Source of the DNA: Octopus sinensis
Lineage: Eukaryota
DNA: 64,000 nucleotides
Direction: 5' to 3'
Assembly: GCF_006345805.1 (NCBI RefSeq)
Contig: NC_042999.1
Coordinates: forward strand, 160,146,001-160,210,000
This document shows, in pieces, positions 10,269 through 23,285 of the stretch. The position numbers and the translations under genes were made by a program. How positions within the stretch are numbered: the first letter of the stretch is position 1; every line of letters starts with the position of its first letter. The notes under the pieces were generated by a model, which worked only from the letters and a program-made list of their open reading frames with translations, ran no database searches and was not told the origin of the DNA.

Positions 10269-10595
10269 ATCAATTTTTTTTTTTTTGTATTTTATTTATT
10301 TATTTTCATGTCAAAGAGGAACAGTGGCTGTGAATTTCAGCTGCTAGACTACAGACTGGATGGTCACGAGTTCAAGTCTTAGTTTTACTACAGCCATTGA
10401 ATGGTCCTTCTGAACATGGCACTTAAATCCAGTCTCTGTTATTTCTGAATGATATAAAACAGATTCTGTTCCTATTTCACTGTTGAGTTGTTAGCAGCAA
10501 CATCCTTTCTGTAATAGCAACTGCTCCTGCAATGAACTCATGGGAAAAAAGAAATTAATGTAAAACTTAATTTTTACAATAATAATATTACTATT

Positions 10596-10601
10596 AATAA
10601 A
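10596..10601 (+). terminator. Probable GPAA1 polyadenylation signal AATAAA
   Basis: First canonical AATAAA I could find after the stop, about 330 nt downstream. Confidence 0.45.
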
Positions 10602-11116
10602 AAGAAAACTGATTTAAAATAAGTCAAAATTTTGAATTTTTATAACACACACGCACACTTTTTTTTTTTGATTTGACAAATATCTGTTGTAAAGTTGTAC
10701 TGAGCAGGTTAAGAGATGTGATATTTACATTTACTGAAAAAACAACTTTTTGAGGTAAATATAGAAACGTCATCATCATCATCATCATTGTTTTAATGTC
10801 CCCTTTCCAAGCTTGCATCAGCTGAATGGAATTCTTTGAAGCAGTTTTTATGATTAGATGCTCTTCTTGTTACCAATATTCACTCATTTCCATGCAAGGT
10901 AATATTTCCCTGTGGCCAGACATATTTGGAAACGACACCACTTGTATGTTGGTGATACTTGTTTACATCTATTTCACAAAGGAAACACACATATGTACAT
11001 TTATATATATATAAAATTATTATTTGAGGGAATAAAATCCAAACTTACAAGGAAAAAGAATTCAATTAAGAAATACTAAATCAAATTCCACACAATATGA
11101 TATATATATATATATA

Positions 11117-11406
11117 TATTAGAAAAAAAACACCTTTTATCAATTCAAAATGAATTACACCATGTAGAAAATTACATATAATAGAAAAGTTAAAATTAGA
11201 ATAACAATTAAAAAGTAAAGATTAAGTAAATTACAAGAATAATGTAATGTATATAATAGGTAGAAATTACATTATTCTTGTAATTTACTTAATCTTTACT
11301 TTTTAATTGTTATTTTAATTTTAACTTTTCTATTATATGTAATTTTCTAGATGGTGTAATTTAATTATTCATTTTGAATTGATAAAAGGTGTTTTTTTGT
11401 CTAATA
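11117..11406. repeat. Long AT-rich palindrome, ~132-bp arms, 17-nt spacer
   Basis: 11117-11248 is the reverse complement of 11266-11406 with 2 substitutions and 2 insertions (8 nt and 1 nt). Confidence 0.9.
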
Positions 11407-11834
11407 TTTTATTTATATTTATTTATTTATATATATAATGTATACACACATACAACAAGCTTCTTTCAGTTTCCGTCTATCGAACTATGTAGTTGAGAAA
11501 TGAACTTTTTTAACCAGATAGTCATACTTTTGCCTCTTTGTTTTCATTAAAAGGTTGTTACTTTTTGGGTGTTATAGAAACAAAAACCATTAACAAAGAC
11601 AAAAATTGATATAGGAATTTGCAACTACTCTTACATTGGCCAGCACACTAAAGATGTTAATCCTCAACATTCAAGACTGACTGTTTAGCAAACAGGATTT
11701 GTTAAAATAAGGGACCAGAAACTCAACTTCAGATCACAGACCCACTTCACTTATGAACAGCTTCCTTTCATCTCAATCTTTTTTTTTTGCCTGTTACTGA
11801 AAATTTTTAATGCTTATCTTTAGTTTTGCTAGAT

Positions 11835-12165
11835 CATCATCATCGTTTAACGTCCGTTTTCCGCGCTAGCACGGGTTGGACGGTTCGACCGGGGTCTGGG
11901 AAGCCAGGGGCTGCTCCAGGCTCCAGTCTGATCTGGCAGAGTTTCTACGGCTGGATGCCCTTCCTAACGCCAACCACTCCGCGAGTGTAGTGGGTGCTTT
12001 TTACGTGCCACCTGCACAGGTGCTGGGGGGGGGGGGCGTCCGGCATCGGCTACGATCGGCTGGAGCTTTTAACGTGCCAGCCAGGGCGGCGCTGGCAATG
12101 TTCGGATGGTGCTTTTTATGTGCCACCGGCACAGAAGCCAGTCGGGGCGGCGCTGGCATCGGAAT
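11835..12165 (-). mobile_element. RTE LINE 3'UTR fragment (family C) with (GAT)n tail
   Basis: Same sequence as the 3' end of the RTE relic at 31449-32700; internal ~45-bp GTGCCACCGGCAC repeats. Confidence 0.8.
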
Positions 12166-12429
12166 ATTTCAGTCAGGTCTTTTGTAGTGCTTCTTGTATA
12201 ATTCCCATTCCTCTGGCAGCTTTCATTGATCTGTCCAGTTCACATGGCTGTACTGTGTGACTGATATTTCTGAATTAATTCAGAAACAGTGGGCCAGCAC
12301 AGAGAACTTGTCATTCTGCAGATGGTGAAACCTCAATACTCTGGGGATTAAATGACGGTACCTCATCTGAAAGATTCCTAAAGTAACATATGGCCAGTAA
12401 GAGAAATGCATTGTTTTTGTTAAACTAGT

Positions 12430-12840
12430 TACTCTCTCTTTTACTCTTTTACTTGTTTCAGTCATTTGACTGCGGCCATGCTGGAGAACCACCTTTAGTC
12501 GAGCAAATCGACCCCGGGACTTATTCTTTGTAAGCCCAGTACTTATTCTATCGGTCTTTTTTGCCGAACCGCTAAGTGATGGGGACGTAAACACACCAGC
12601 ATCGGTTGTCAAGCAATGCTAGGGGGACAAACACAGACACACAAACACACACACACACATATATATATATACATATATCCAACAGGCTTCTTTCAGTTTC
12701 CGTCTACCAAATCCACTCACAAGGCATTGGTCGGCCCGGGGCTATAGCAGAAGACACTTGCCCAAGATGCCAAGCAGTGGGACTGAACCCGGAACCATGT
12801 GGTTAGTTAGCAAGCTACTTACCACACAGCCACTCCTGTG
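12430..12840 (-). mobile_element. SINE family A
   Basis: Reverse complement of the family A consensus. Confidence 0.9.
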
Positions 12841-12989
12841 GCAAGTTATAGAAAAAAAAAATGTAAAAAGAAAAGAGACTGTTCAGGATAACCAAAAACT
12901 GAAAGTAATCTACAACCTTAATGTTTTTCTTTGTTTTCAGCATTAAGGTAGATTTTAGTTAATAGATATTTAAAAATTAAAATTAAATA

Positions 12990-13258
12990 ATGCAAATATT
13001 GTTGAATTCTACTAATGTATAAATAATAGGACAAAGGAAGAAGACGAAAAAGAACTTATGAATCTCACAATATACTTTGAAGGAACTGCAGAAAGATATG
13101 GAATGGAAAGTGATGGTTAAAACAAGAATAATGAGAACTAGTAAAAAGGAAAGGAAAATAGTCAATTCAACTGAAATGACAAAGAAAATACACAAAACAA
13201 ATTGATGAATTTAAATATTTGAAAAGTACAATAATGACAGACGTGAGAACATAGAAAG
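12990..13258 (+). pseudogene. Highly decayed LINE RT fragment
   Basis: KTRIM ... QIDEFKYLKSTI, the KTKIM / FKYLGS motifs; broken by stops. Confidence 0.5.
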
Positions 13259-13260
13259 AT

Positions 13261-13700
13261 CATCATTGTTCGACCGTGGTCGAGACAATGGAATTTACCA
13301 TGCTATGCCAGACTTCACGGTCCATCATGGCATTACGGAGGTCCTGTTGCTGGATGCCTGTATCCCTGGAGATTACATCAGGGTAGGAGAGTGTGCGCCC
13401 TCTGGTATTGCGAGTAGATGGCTTCCAGAGGAGAAGAGTAGAAATTACCTCTTTTTCAGCTCTACAACAATGTCCAGCAAACTGGACTCTCCTACCTTTC
13501 ACAAGAGATGACACAGGTGGTAGTTTCCCATATATTTGCATTTTGGTTGGATGGCACTTCCACGAGAGATTTTGAGCTCTCATAAGGAGGCAAGTGTAGG
13601 TTCCATCCAACCGCTTCTCAAGCTTCTTTGATAACGTCCAGGTTTCTGAGCCATATAGTAGAATTGGTTCGACTGTGGCTTTGAAGATCTTCAAAGCCAC
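13261..13700 (-). mobile_element. RTE LINE 3' fragment
   Basis: LKIFKATVEPILLYGSETWTL...FAGHC; same family as 1226-1628. Confidence 0.85.
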
Positions 13701-14005
13701 ATAGAAAGAAGTAAAATATTTGATTGCAGGAGCTCTGGTTCATTCATTTGTTTTATGTCTGTGTTTCCATGCTGGCATGGGTTGGATTGATACTTATTTG
13801 AGACAAGATTTTGTGGTCAAATGACCTTCCTGTTGCCAACCTGTAATAGTCCTTATGTTGAATGGTTATGATTTAACTGAATCCACCTTGCGACATGATG
13901 GGTTCAAAGAGAAAGAGCCAAGCAACACACTAATGAATGTGCATTTTCTAAATGGTAGCATATTCTAAAAGTTATTTAATTGAATGTAACAATATATATT
14001 TTATA

Positions 14006-14422
14006 TCATCCAGCGCCGCCTTGACTGGCTTCTGTGCCGGTAGCACATAAAAAGCACCATCCGAACGTGGCCGATGCCAGCGCCGCCCCGACAGGCTTCT
14101 GTGCCGGTGGCACATAAAAAGCACCATCCGAACGTGGCTGTTGCCAGCGTCGCCTTGGCTGGCTTCTGTGCCGGTGGCACGTTAAAAGCTCCAACCGATC
14201 ATGGCCGATGCCGGACCCCCGTGGCACCTGTGCAGGTGGCACGTAAAAAGTAAAAAGCACCCACTACACTCACGGAGTGGTTGGCGTTAGGAAGGGCATC
14301 CAGCTGTAGAAGCTCTGCCAGATCAGACTGGAGCCTGGTGCAGCCCCTGGCTTCCCAGACCCCGGTCGAACCGTCCAACCCGTGCTAGCGCGGAAAACGG
14401 ACGTTAAACGATGATGATGATG
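14006..14422 (+). mobile_element. RTE 3'UTR fragment (family C)
   Basis: Ends GGACGTTAAACGATGATGATG; tandem ~45-bp subrepeats. Confidence 0.8.
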
Positions 14423-14567
14423 AATACTAAGGTTCATATTGCAATAATATTGGGTACAGGTAAAGACTGGAAAGAATGAATGCAAATATCAAAAGATGTG
14501 TTTTTGCCACTCAAAAGGGAGATATTGTGAAAAGATATTTGAGTAGATATCAACAGATTTAACCTCT

Positions 14568-15032
14568 ATCATCATCATCATCATCATCATCGTTTAGCGT
14601 CCGCTTTCCATGCTGGCATGGGTTGGACGGTGCAACTGGGGTCTGGGAAGCCAGAAAGCTGCACCAGGCCCAGTCTGATCTGGCAGTGTTTCTACAGCTG
14701 GATGCCTCTCTTAACGCCAACCACTCCGTGAGTGTAGTGGGTGCTTTTTATGTGCTACCGGCACAGGTGCAAGACGAGGCTGGCAAACGGCCACGATCGG
14801 ATGGTGCTTTTTACGTGCCACCGGCACGGAGGCCAGGCAAGGCTGGCAATGGCCATGATCGGATGGTGCTTTTTACGTGCCACCAGCATGGAGGCCAGTT
14901 GGGGCGGCGCTGGCTACGGCCACGTTCGGATGGTTCTCTTATGTGCCACCGGCACTGGTATCACAGCTACAATTTCCATTGATGTTGATCGATTTCGATT
15001 TTGATTTTGATTTTCACTTGCCTCAACAGGTC
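14568..15032 (-). mobile_element. RTE 3'UTR fragment (family C), tail-to-tail with 14006-14422
   Basis: (CAT)n then CGTTTAGCGTCCGC...; reverse complement of the neighbouring copy. Confidence 0.8.
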
Positions 15033-15346
15033 TTTATAATATATTCTATTAAAAATTATTGGTTTCAAGTTTTGGCACAAGGCCAGCAATTTTGGGGAAG
15101 AGGCAAGTCAATTAGATCAGCCCCATTGCTCAACTGGTATTTATTTTGTTGACCCTGGAAGGATAAAAGGCAAAGTCAACCTCGGTGGAATTTGAACTCA
15201 GAACACAAAGACGGATGAAATGCTGCTAAGCATTTTGCCTGGCATGCTAACGATTCTGCCAACTCACCGCTTTATCTCATTAAATGATATTGATAACATT
15301 ATAACATCTTATTCCGACTCAACTCCATGTAAAACAGAACTATACT

Positions 15347-15762
15347 ATAGGTGCAGGAGTGGCTGTGTGGTAAGTAGCTTGCTAACCAACCACATGGTTC
15401 CGGGTTCAGTCCCACTGCGTGACATCTTGGGCAAGTGTCTTCTGCTATAGCCCCGGGCCGACCAATGCCTTGTGAGTGGATTTGGTAGACGGAAACTGAA
15501 AGAAGCCTGTCGTATATATGTATATATATGTATGCGTGTGTGTGTTTGTGTGTCTGTGTTTGTCCCCCTAGCATTGCTTGACAACCGATGCTGGTGTGTT
15601 TACGTCCCCGTCACTTAGCGGTTCGGCAAAAGAGACCGATAGAATAAGTACTGGGCTTACAAAGAATAAGTCCCGGGGTCGATTTGCTCGACTAAAGGCG
15701 GTGCTCCAGCATGGCCGCAGTCAAATGACTGAAACGAGTAAAAGAGTAAAAGAGTAAAGAGT
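15347..15762 (+). mobile_element. SINE family A
   Basis: Full-length copy. Confidence 0.9.
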
Positions 15763-16324
15763 ATACTCTTAAAACTCATCTGGATAAGATGATATGAAAG
15801 GAAAACAATGTAAGAAGGAATTATGTCTGTTGAGAGACTGATATTTGTTTCAGGAGGAAATTCCACAATATTCATTATCATGTTGAAACTCTTAAATAAA
15901 CACTCAGAACTTTTATCATTTTACTACTGCAGTAAAAACTTTCAATAAAAGAACACTTGATCTAGTCTTGACCTCAGCTGACACACTCCTCAAAAAGTGT
16001 CACAGAATCTAATGACAATAAAACATACACTACTGTTAATGTTTATGTCCCCCTTGAAATTATTGTGGACAAAGATAAAGTCTATTATCTAAATAAAATA
16101 CTTAGCACTTTTTATATTTTACATGTTTCAGTGCTGGGCCCCGCCTTGAGGAGTTTTAGTCAAATGGGTTGACCCCAGTACTTTTGTTTTAAAGCCTGGT
16201 ACTTATTCTATCCGTCTCTTTTGCCAAACTGCTAAGTTACTGGGACATAAACACACCAGCACCGGTTGTCAAGCAGTGGTGGGGACAAACACAAAGACAC
16301 ATACAATGGGATTCTTTTAGTTTC

Positions 16325-16555
16325 CTATTTCTTTACTGCTTACAAGGGGCTACACACAGAAGGGACAAACAAGGACAGACAAATGGATTAAGTCGATTAT
16401 ATCAACCCCAGTGTGTAACTGGTACTTGTTTAATCGACCCCGAAAGGATGAAAGGCAAAGTCGACCTCGGCGGAATTTGAACTCAGAACGTAGCGGCAGA
16501 CGAAATACCGCTAAGCATTTCGCCCGGCGTGCTAACGTTTCTGCCAGCTTGCCTT
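16325..16555 (-). mobile_element. SINE family B nested in a decayed family A-like SINE (~16130-16710)
   Basis: Family B reverse complement flanked by the two halves of an older A-type copy. Confidence 0.75.
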
Positions 16556-16839
16556 ATTTTAGTTTCCATCTATCAAATCCACTCACAAGGTTTTGGTTGG
16601 TCTGAGGCTATAGCAGAAGACATTTGCCCAAGGGGCCATGCAGTGGAACTGAACTTAGAACTATGTGGTTGGGAGGCAAACTTTTTACTACACAGCCACA
16701 CCTGCATGACTTGAGGAGGAAGGAAGATTGTGATTAATTGAATTTTAGTTTTGGATGGTTTAAGGTTAGTTTCTTTCTGTTTAGTAAATTCATTGTGTGG
16801 AGCTGCTCTTAATGACAGAACCTGATCATGACCATATAA

Positions 16840-16844
<5 letters not shown>

Positions 16845-16873
<29 letters not shown>

Positions 16874-17165
16874 CATTGTGTACAGTGCTCAGGTGCACTA
16901 CAACTCATCTAAAGTGTATGTATAGTACATAGGGTAATGTACAAGTGTCAGGAAAAGAATAGTGCATGAGTCATGACATACACTTATGTGTATGAGTATG
17001 GAAGGGGGGCAATCAGGTATAGTTTCGGCGGATTTCGGAAAGCATGAGGGCCTTAAAGGATGCAGTGTCATGGCAGTCAACAACTGATGCAGGCAGTTTG
17101 TTCCATGCTTCAGCAACTCTGAGCGTGAAAAAATGTTTCCAAAAGTCATGTTCTCTGTTTTCTGA
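16845..17165 (-). mobile_element. CR1/L2-type LINE 3' end with (ATT)n tail
   Basis: FFTLRVAEAWNKLPASVV..ASFK-type C-terminal motif; a second copy lies at ~20020-20300 (+). Confidence 0.6.
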
Positions 17166-17690
17166 CTTTTCTGACTAAGTACCTAAAAAAAAAAAAATAG
17201 ACTACTGTAGAATTCTGAAAGGCACATGAAAACAAGGCTGTTCATTTTTTTTGAAATATTTGATAAAAATGTAAATTCTTCATGAATAGGGAGGCATAGT
17301 TGTGTCATAAGAAGTTTGCTTCCCAACCACATTGTCCTGGGTTCAGTTCCCCTGTGCGACACCTTGGATGAGTATTTTGCCATAGCTCCAGGCCAACGAA
17401 AGTGTGAGTGGGTTTGGCAGGTGGAAACTGAAAGAAGCCCATCATGTAAATGTGTGTGTGTGTGTGTGTGTGTGTGTCTTTGTGCCCCATCACCAATGCA
17501 TGACAACCAGTGTTAGTTTGTTTACAACCCTGTAACTTAGCTGTTTGGCTAAAGAGGCCACTAGAGTAAGTACCCGGTTTAAAGAAAAAAGTAGGTACTC
17601 AGTTCAATTCTTTCAACTAAAACACTTCAAGGTGGTGCCCCAGCATGGCCTCAGTTCAATAACTGAAACAAATAAAAGAAAAAGGATACT

Positions 17691-18093
17691 ATAGGCGCAG
17701 GAGTGGCTGTGTGGTAAGTAGCTTGCTAACCAACCACATGGTTCCGGGTTCAGTCCCACTGCGTGGCATCTTGGGCAAGTGTCTTCTGCTATAGCCTTGG
17801 GCCGACCGATGCCTTGTGAGTGGATTTGGTAGACGGAAACTGAAAGAAGCCTGTCGTATATATTTATATATATATGTGTGTTTGTGTGTCTGTGTTTGTC
17901 CCCCTAGCATTGCTTGACAACCGATGCTGGTGTGTTTACGTCACCGTTACTTAGTGGTTCGGCAAAAGAGACCGATAGAATAAGTACTGGGCTTACAAAA
18001 GAATAAGTCCCGGGGTCGAGTTGCTCGACTAAAGGCGGTGCTCCAGCATGGCCGCAGTCAAATGACTGAAACAAGTAAAAGAGTAAAGAGAGT
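17691..18093 (+). mobile_element. SINE family A
   Basis: Full-length copy. Confidence 0.9.
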
Positions 18094-19545
18094 ATAAGCC
18101 ATAAGCAGAAGACCTACACCACAACATTTAAACATTTATTGCTGGCAAACAATGGGGAATAAATATATCCTCAAATAATTACGTTTTCTGTTTTTTTTTA
18201 GTTCAAATCTTAGAATAGTGAGTGTGAAGGATTAAAGATTTCCCAAAATGTTTCATAATAGTAAAGTGTTGAGAATCTCTGATGTAGATAATGGTGATGG
18301 AAGTGATTGCCTGCAAAATATTGTAATTTTGAGAAACATTAGAAAATCAAAGTTAACCACCCCGACTTACACCTCTTTCTGACAGGTGGGCAATAGATCA
18401 GATAAAATTTAAAACAACTTCAATCTCTCAGTACTAGTCCAATGCATTTCATGTCTAGTTTTTCTTTTTTTTTTTTTCTTTTTTTTTTAGCCGAGTTATT
18501 CATGTTTTGACTGTCATCAACCTTGACAGAATAATGGAAGTCATTTCTTACTCTTTGCCTCTTCGTCTGTCTACCTCTTGTTCTTTGTTGTTTTTTTTCT
18601 TTCTCTCAGCTATGAAAGTAGTTGGAAAAAAAAATAATGTGTCAGATAAATCAAGTAAAGTTAAAGCTGGTAAGTAAGATGTGAAGAGAAACTATGAATA
18701 TGTAGTAAAATCATTAATTAAGTTCAAAAGAAACTGAAGTAGCTTAAGGATGCAAATGTTTGGGATGGATAGGGAAGAAGGACAATCAGTTAAGAGGTCA
18801 GTAGATAAGAATATGTTATTGCTACCATGTTTTCCAAAGCCAATACTATGTTCCTCATTGACTGAGCTTTGCACTGTCAGTAGCTATCACAAACTATTGT
18901 CCTTTACAACTGTAAGCAGTGGTAGCACTGTAAAATTAACAAGTGCTTTGTTACTTTGCCTTGCTGAGTTGATATGTGATGATACCTTACGAAAGAATTT
19001 TCAGTAAAAATATAAAAAAGATACTGTAGGAGTCTAAAACACAGAATTGTTTTACATTTCGTTAGTGTTTTAAAATAATTACACTTTATAAAATGATAGG
19101 CTTATGAAAATAAAAATATTTTGAAATGCAGTCTTGTCAAATGGCAATTCCCTTCCAGCTTCCACACATCTGTATCCAATTACCATATTTCACCTCATAT
19201 TCTCCATCGTTCATGCATGCTAACATTATGCATTCATTGAAGCATGCTAGTTTCTCCAATATAAAAACGTTCCCCCACCTCTTCTAATCTCGGTAGACTT
19301 GTTGGCTGAAAGTTGTCACAGTCATGTATACAATACTTTGCTGATAATAGGAGGCACTTATGGTCAGTTGTCCTGTGGCCAATTCATTCAGCTACTTTTG
19401 GACATTGGTAAAAAATATGGAAGTAAATTTCTCCTCTGTATTCATTGCATTTCAATGTAACGAAGCACTGAGTGTCCACTGTGTTTCATGCTTGTACTTG
19501 AAATCTTCTCCCTTGTACCTTACATCTACTTTCTCTTATTATATA

Positions 19546-19943
19546 CTAGCAGTATCGCCCGGTGTTGCTCGGGTTTGTAAGGGAAATAACTATATAAGCA
19601 TTTTTAGAGATGTAAAGTATAATAGCCATCTCAATATGGCTAACCACAAAGGGGGGGGGTGTTACTGTAGCTTTTTACGTTCTGAGATTTAATAATAAAT
19701 TTTTAGAGAGTTACTTCCCTTATATATGCCAAAAGTGCATTAAAAATGGGAAAAATTGATGGTAAATTTTTTTTTAAATCGTAGACTCATCGTAGACATG
19801 CGCTAATACCCAGAAGGGCTCGATATGAATCACGACTATAAGATACCCGGTTTTGGTTAAACTGCACCGCAAAATGTGGGAGTAGTTAGGAATCTAAATC
19901 GTAGGAGACAGACAGCACACAACCTCACTTTTATATATACAGA
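19546..19943 (-). mobile_element. Non-autonomous Helitron, family H1
   Basis: On the minus strand A|TC...CCCGAGCAAC(A/G)CCGGGCGATACTGCTAG|T: 5' TC, subterminal hairpin, 3' CTAG, A/T target. Confidence 0.8.
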
Positions 19944-20399
19944 TTAGCTACAGAGGCAGTATTAACACTGAGAAGTAATATTTATCCCCATTTAAAGATG
20001 GATGTTCTGTTAGAACAAACTGACTGAAGCTGAAGCATGGAACAAACTGCCGGTATCAGTTGTTAGTTGTCAGAGCACTGCATCCTTCAAAACTTCCATG
20101 CTTTCTGAGATTCGCCAACACTACACCTGGTTTTCTCCCCTCCATACACACGCAAGCATGTATCTTACTCATACACTGTTTGCTTTCCAGACATTTGTAC
20201 ATTACTGCATGTGCTTTATACGCACTTTTTGACAAGTTGTGGTGCACCTGAGCACTGTATACAATAATTTCATTATCATTATTATTTTATTATTACTGTG
20301 GTAGAGGCCTTTAGAGAAACTCTCATATAGGCTTTTGGTGCAAAATGCAAGCTTCTAATTTCTCTTATGCTTAGTTTTACTTTCAGTTCATTTGAACTT

Positions 20400-21985
20400 T
20401 GTTATTCATGCATGCAACAAACATCCAGCAAGGAAGATGATAAGCTACAGGAGAGGTACACAGGAGAAGGGAGCAACAGTTCAGTGCTGTGAGTGGAGGA
20501 GCAGAGGAGAGAGAGATTGGACGGACTGAGGAGAGTGTAAGAAGGAGGTAAGGGTACTTCACCAAAGCAGTAGCAGAAGCAAGTGAGGTCCTGGTGCCAA
20601 GGAAAGAGGAAGGAAGGAAGGAACACCAGTTCTGCAGACCCAAAAGTGTGTGCAGCTAGAGAGCATCTGAAAACTGCTAAAGACCAATTCCTTGTTGATC
20701 CTAGGAATGAGAAGGTGGAGATGGTGAAGGAAGAACTCTATACCACTTACCCTGAGGCCAGAGAGGATGCACTGATGGAGAAGATCAGAAGTGTGGAGAG
20801 AGCAGTTGACAGGTCTAGGTGTAAATAGAACTGGATGATCATCAATGAGATCACAAGGAGGAAGAGAGGGAATTTGAGTCAGATCCAGGGAACAACTACA
20901 GGGGTATCTCACTGATGTCACTTGTGGCAAAGACCCTCAACAGGATGGTTCTTAATGGGATCCAGTCTGAGATGGATAAGAAGCTCAGGGACAACCAGAA
21001 CAACCTCAGAGAGGGAAGATCAACCATCTGTCACATTCTAATGCTGAGGAGGATATTAGAGGGAGCTAGAGCAGAGAGCCTTCCTGCTGACATGGTTTAC
21101 ATTGACTTTAGGGAGTCCTTTGATTCTGTGGACTGTCATTGCCTGATGAAGATCTTACAGGCTTATTGAATCTCCAAGAAGATAGTGTTCCTGATATTGC
21201 TGCTCTACACCAACGCCAGAGCCAAAGTCATTACACCTGGTGGGATGACGGAGTTCTTTGAGATACTGGCTGGAATGCTTCATGGAGATACATTAGCTCC
21301 CTACCTTTTTATCATCATGTTGGACAATTGTATGCATCTTGCATTGGAGAAACACCAGGCTTTACTGTAGTGCTGGCTCAGAACAGGCGGGTCAAGGCTA
21401 AAATGATATTAGATGCTGAATTTGCTGACGACATAGTTCTGGTGACAAACACAGTGAGGGAGGCAGAGGAGTTGATACAGGAGGTGGAGACTGTGTCGAT
21501 AAGTGTGGAGCTGAAGGTGAATGAAATTAAGATGTAGTATCTGGTAGAGAACATTAAGAAGCCAGAGGAGATTATGAATGTAGGCGGGAAGCCACTAGAG
21601 TTGGTTGAGGACTTCCTGTATCTGGGTGCAAAGATTGGGAATACAGAAGGTGATATGGTTGAGAGGAAGAGCAAATCCCGGGTGGCATGCCACATTTTGA
21701 GATCTATATGGAAGTCGGAACTTTGTAAAGACCTGAAGATCCGTCTCTTCACTGCTACTGCAGTGGAATCTGTGCTGTTGTACAGGTCTGAGACTTGGAC
21801 ACTGACCAAGAAACTCACTCAGATGGTGGATGAGTGCTACATGAGAATGTTGGGGATGGCTTTGAACATTAATCAGTAAACACTGAGGATGAGAAACTCA
21901 GAGCTGTATGAGAGCCTCTCAATAGTTAGCTTGAAAATAACACAGAGGAGACTGAGGTTAGCTGGATATGCTCACTGTCATTTAT
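20400..21985 (+). pseudogene. Decayed RTE-clade LINE ORF2 (RT domain through C-terminal region)
   Basis: SLVAKTLNRMVLN, VYIDFRESFDSV, GDTLAPYLFII, EFADDIVL, FLYLGAKI, VLLYRSETWTL; many stops and frameshifts. Confidence 0.85.
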
Positions 21986-21990
21986 ATACA

Positions 21991-22395
21991 TCTATATATA
22001 TAAAAGTAAGGTTGTGTGCTGTCTGTCTCCTACGATTTAGATTCCTAACTACTCCCACATTTTGCGGTGCAGTTTAACCAAAACTGGGTATCTTATAGTC
22101 GTGATTCATATCGAGCCCTTCTGGGTATTAGTGCGCGTCTACGATGAGTCTACGATTTAAAAAAAAATTTACCATCATTTTTTTCCATTTTTAATGCATT
22201 TTTTTTGCTATTATATAAGGGAAGTAACTTTCTAAAAATGTCTACGATGAGTCTACGATTAAAAAAAAAATTTACCATCATTTTTTTCCATTTTTAATGC
22301 ATTTTTTTGCTATTATATAAGGGAAGTAACTCTCTAAAAATGCTTATATAGTTATTTCCCTTACAAACCCGAGCAACGCTAGGCGATACTGCTAG
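21991..22395 (+). mobile_element. Helitron H1 inserted at the 3' part of the RTE relic, with an internal ~110-bp duplication
   Basis: A|TCTATATATATAAAAG ... GCTAG|T; the CTACGATGAGTCTACGATT block occurs twice. Confidence 0.8.
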
Positions 22396-22696
22396 TACTT
22401 TATATATATTATGTGGATTTTAGAACGTACAGACACATGGCTAAATGCTAACAACTCATTTTGTACAACTTTCCATTGTGTCTGTCATTCCACTTCCTTT
22501 TGTTGTGAAATTTCACAATTTTGTAGCAAAAAGGATGGCATAAAGTTGATTAAACTGAGCTTTACTCCTAGTAGTAATTATTTTATTATAGTAGTAATTA
22601 TTATATTGACTCCTTAAGTAGTAATTTAATTTAATTATTTTATTAACTCCTTAGTAGTAATTATTTTATAGGAGTTGAACTCAACATAAAAGAACA

Positions 22697-22940
22697 TCAT
22701 CATCATCATCATCATCATTTAACGTCCGTTTTCCGCGCTAGCATGGGTTGGACGGTTCGACCGGGGTCTGGGAAGCCAGGAGGCTGCACCAGGCTCCAGT
22801 CTGATCTGGCAGTGTTTCTACAGCTGGATGCCCTTCCTAACGCCAACCACTCCGCGAGTGTAGTGGGTGCTTTTTACTTTTTACGTGTCACCGGCACAGG
22901 TGCCAGGGGAGGCTGGCATCGGCCATGATCGGTTGGTGCT
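22697..22940 (-). mobile_element. RTE 3'UTR fragment (family C)
   Basis: (CAT)n TTTAACGTCCG... motif. Confidence 0.8.
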
Positions 22941-23285
22941 TTTAATATATTTCATCTGATCCCATGGCTTTTGTGTTTCTGATGTCACTCCTCTTTATTA
23001 CCACTAAGTCTACTGTTATTAAGATATAATAGATGAGTTGAGTTATATTTTTTTATATCAACCTCTAATATCTGAACATAAAAGTCATTTATTGAAACAG
23101 TTTTTAGTTTAGTTTGGCCATCCTTCTGGACACTTCAGTGGTTTCACTCAAGCACACCATCCATCATGATCCCCGATGCATGTCCTTAATTCATCAACAT
23201 TTGTCATTCCACTGTCCTGAAGCAAGTTGTCCACATAGGTTAGACGTTTTCTTCAGGGGGTTAATTTTTCCTTCAACTGACTGTC

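Noticed and set aside
14006-14270. Regularly spaced ~45-bp repeats resembling a CRISPR array
   Set aside because: Eukaryotic context, the spacers are themselves repeated, and they belong to an RTE 3'UTR.
15299-15584. Recurring ORFs MLGGQTQTH... and MSSNARGTNT... at many positions
   Set aside because: Antisense translations of SINE family A; no coding signature.
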